Assembly: GCA_013239625.1 (NCBI GenBank) | Contig: MU053758.1 | Coordinates: forward strand, 1,674,001-1,738,000 | Direction of reading: 5' to 3' | Source: Lama guanicoe | Lineage: Eukaryota | DNA length: 64,000 nucleotides | Shown here: in pieces, positions 62,370-64,000 of the stretch | Numbering within the stretch: position 1 is the first letter of the stretch | How the letters are laid out: every line of letters starts with the position of its first letter | Made by a program: the position numbers and the translations under genes | The notes under the pieces: model-generated | Database searches by the model: none | The model's input: the letters and a program-made list of their open reading frames with translations, nothing else | Told to the model about the DNA's origin: nothing

Positions 62370-64000
62370 CTAGATTTCCTGCTAACATCAAGAACAAAGC
62401 AAGGATGTCACTCTCATCATCACAATTTAATATCGTACTGGAGGGTCTAGTCAGTGTGCTAAAGCAAGGGGGAAAAGGCATCTAGAATTGAAAGGAAGAA
62501 GTACAATTGTCTTTATGTGAAGATGGTGTGAATTTCCATGTAGAAAATCTGATGGGCTCTAAAACATAGCTGTTAGATCTAAAAGATGAGTTTATCAAGA
62601 CTGTAAGTTATAAGATCAATATACAAAGTCAATTCTATTTCTATAGACTAGCAATGAACAACTGGAAATTGAAATTTTAAAGAATAATACCATGTACAAT
62701 AGGATCAAAAAAAGTGAACTACATAGGGATAAGCCTGGCAAAGACCTGTACACTGAAAATATATAAGACCTGTACACTGAAAACTACAAAACACTGCTTA
62801 GAGAAATTAAGGAAGACTCAGTAATGCTGAGACATACCATGTTCATGGATCAGAAGACTTGATACAATTCTCCCCTAATTGATCTATAAATTCAACACAA
62901 GCCCAAATTCCCATCAGACTTTTTTGTAGAAATTGAAAAGCTGATTCTAAAATTCTTATAGAAGTGAAAGGGACTTAGAATAGCCAAAACAACTTTGAAA
63001 AGGAATTGTGGGGGAAACGTTTGTGAGCCCTTACCTGACTGGCAGTAAGGAGACCACACACGCCTGGAGTTACTATAAAAGATGTGAACCAACAGGAGAT
63101 CTTCAGAGGTCTGGCAGCCTCCCTAAGAGAGTCCAGGAAACTAAAACTCCCTGAATGTGTGGACACCATCAAGCTGGCCAAGCATAAAGTGCTTGCTCAC
63201 TACAATGAGAGCTGGTTCTTACACAGAGTGGCTTCCACATTGCTGCACCTCTCTCTCTGCGGCTGTGCTAGGTTGCCTCCATGACCAAAGTCTATGGGGA
63301 CATCCTAGAAACCATATCATGCCCAGCCACTTCAGCAGGGATCCAAGAACATAGCCTGCCAGGTTCTCCAAGCCCTGGAAGGGCTGAAAATGGTGGACGA
63401 GAACCAAGAGCAGGGCCACAAGCTGATATTTCAGGGACAGAGAGAGCTGGACAGAAGCTCCAGACAGGTGGCAGCTGCCAACAAGAAACATTAGAACAAA
63501 AGCTGGGTTAATAAATTGCCTCACTCTTTAGAAAAAAAAAACAATTTGGAGGACGTACACTACCTAACTTCAAGATTATTAGAAAGCTACAACAATCAAG
63601 AGAGTGCATGTAGGCATCAAGATAGACAAATAGACCAAAGGAAGAGAAAAGAAAGTCTATAATTAGACCCATACATATATGGTCAATTGATTTTTAACAA
63701 AGATGCAAAGACAATCTAGGGGAGAAAAATACAGTCTTTTCAACAATGGTCCTGAAACAAATTGATATCCATATACAAAATGATAGACCTTACACCATAC
63801 ATAAAAATTAACTCAAAGTGGATCCTAGACCTAAAAATAAGCCTAAAAGTATAAAATTTCTTGAAGAAAACATAGGAGAAAATCTTTGCGACCTCGGGTT
63901 AGGCAAAGATTTCTTAGATAAAACATCATAAAATTAAAAAGTGAAAAATTGGACTTTATCGAAGTTAAGGATTTCTGCTATTTAAAAGATACTTTTAAAG
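62370..64000 (+). mobile_element. Old L1 ORF2 fragment (RT to C-terminal region), interrupted by the RPS19 retrocopy
   Basis: Degenerate L1 ORF2 sequence (aagaacaaagcaaggatgtcactctca...; gatcaatatacaaagtcaatt; aacataggagaaaatctttg) is colinear on both sides of 63003-63541. Confidence 0.9.
63028..63541 (+). pseudogene. RPS19: Processed pseudogene of ribosomal protein S19 (eS19)
   Basis: Intronless (M>T)[12 protein letters not shown]...[10 protein letters not shown]...MPSHFSR...QVAAANKKH* at 63060-63494. The start is ACG and there are several frameshifts. AATAAA at 63510 is followed by an A-tract. A 5'UTR-like leader is present. Confidence 0.93.

Noticed and set aside
63084..63511. Functional RPS19 gene
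   Set aside because: The start codon is lost, there are multiple frameshifts and stops, it has no introns, and it sits within an L1.

Overview
This is mammalian genomic DNA, not microbial. The young tRNA-derived SINEs and L1 3' ends resemble camelid (Tylopoda) families, which is an inference. About 50 kb of the window is the 5' two-thirds of SRCIN1 (p140Cap/SNIP) on the minus strand. I located two alternative coding first exons (MGNAPSQ at 49281-49302, which uses a GC donor, and MQPWQC... at 48075-48198), a 99-nt cassette exon, a 21/24-nt NAGNAG microexon and nine further coding exons. All splice phases are mutually compatible, and the gene continues past position 1. An internal CpG island at about 16.9-18.0 kb has a consensus splice donor and a 68-bp tandem duplication that puts an upstream ATG in frame with downstream SRCIN1 exons. 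Upstream of the gene (50-64 kb) lie a polyadenylated MER41-like LTR retrocopy with a GAS motif, SINEs, MER5, L1/L2/MIR fragments, and an RPS19 processed pseudogene nested in an old L1. I found no CRISPR array, rRNA, tRNA gene or wholly new system. The most novel-looking signals are isoform, splicing and retroposition features. Family and protein names come from recall, not from database searches.
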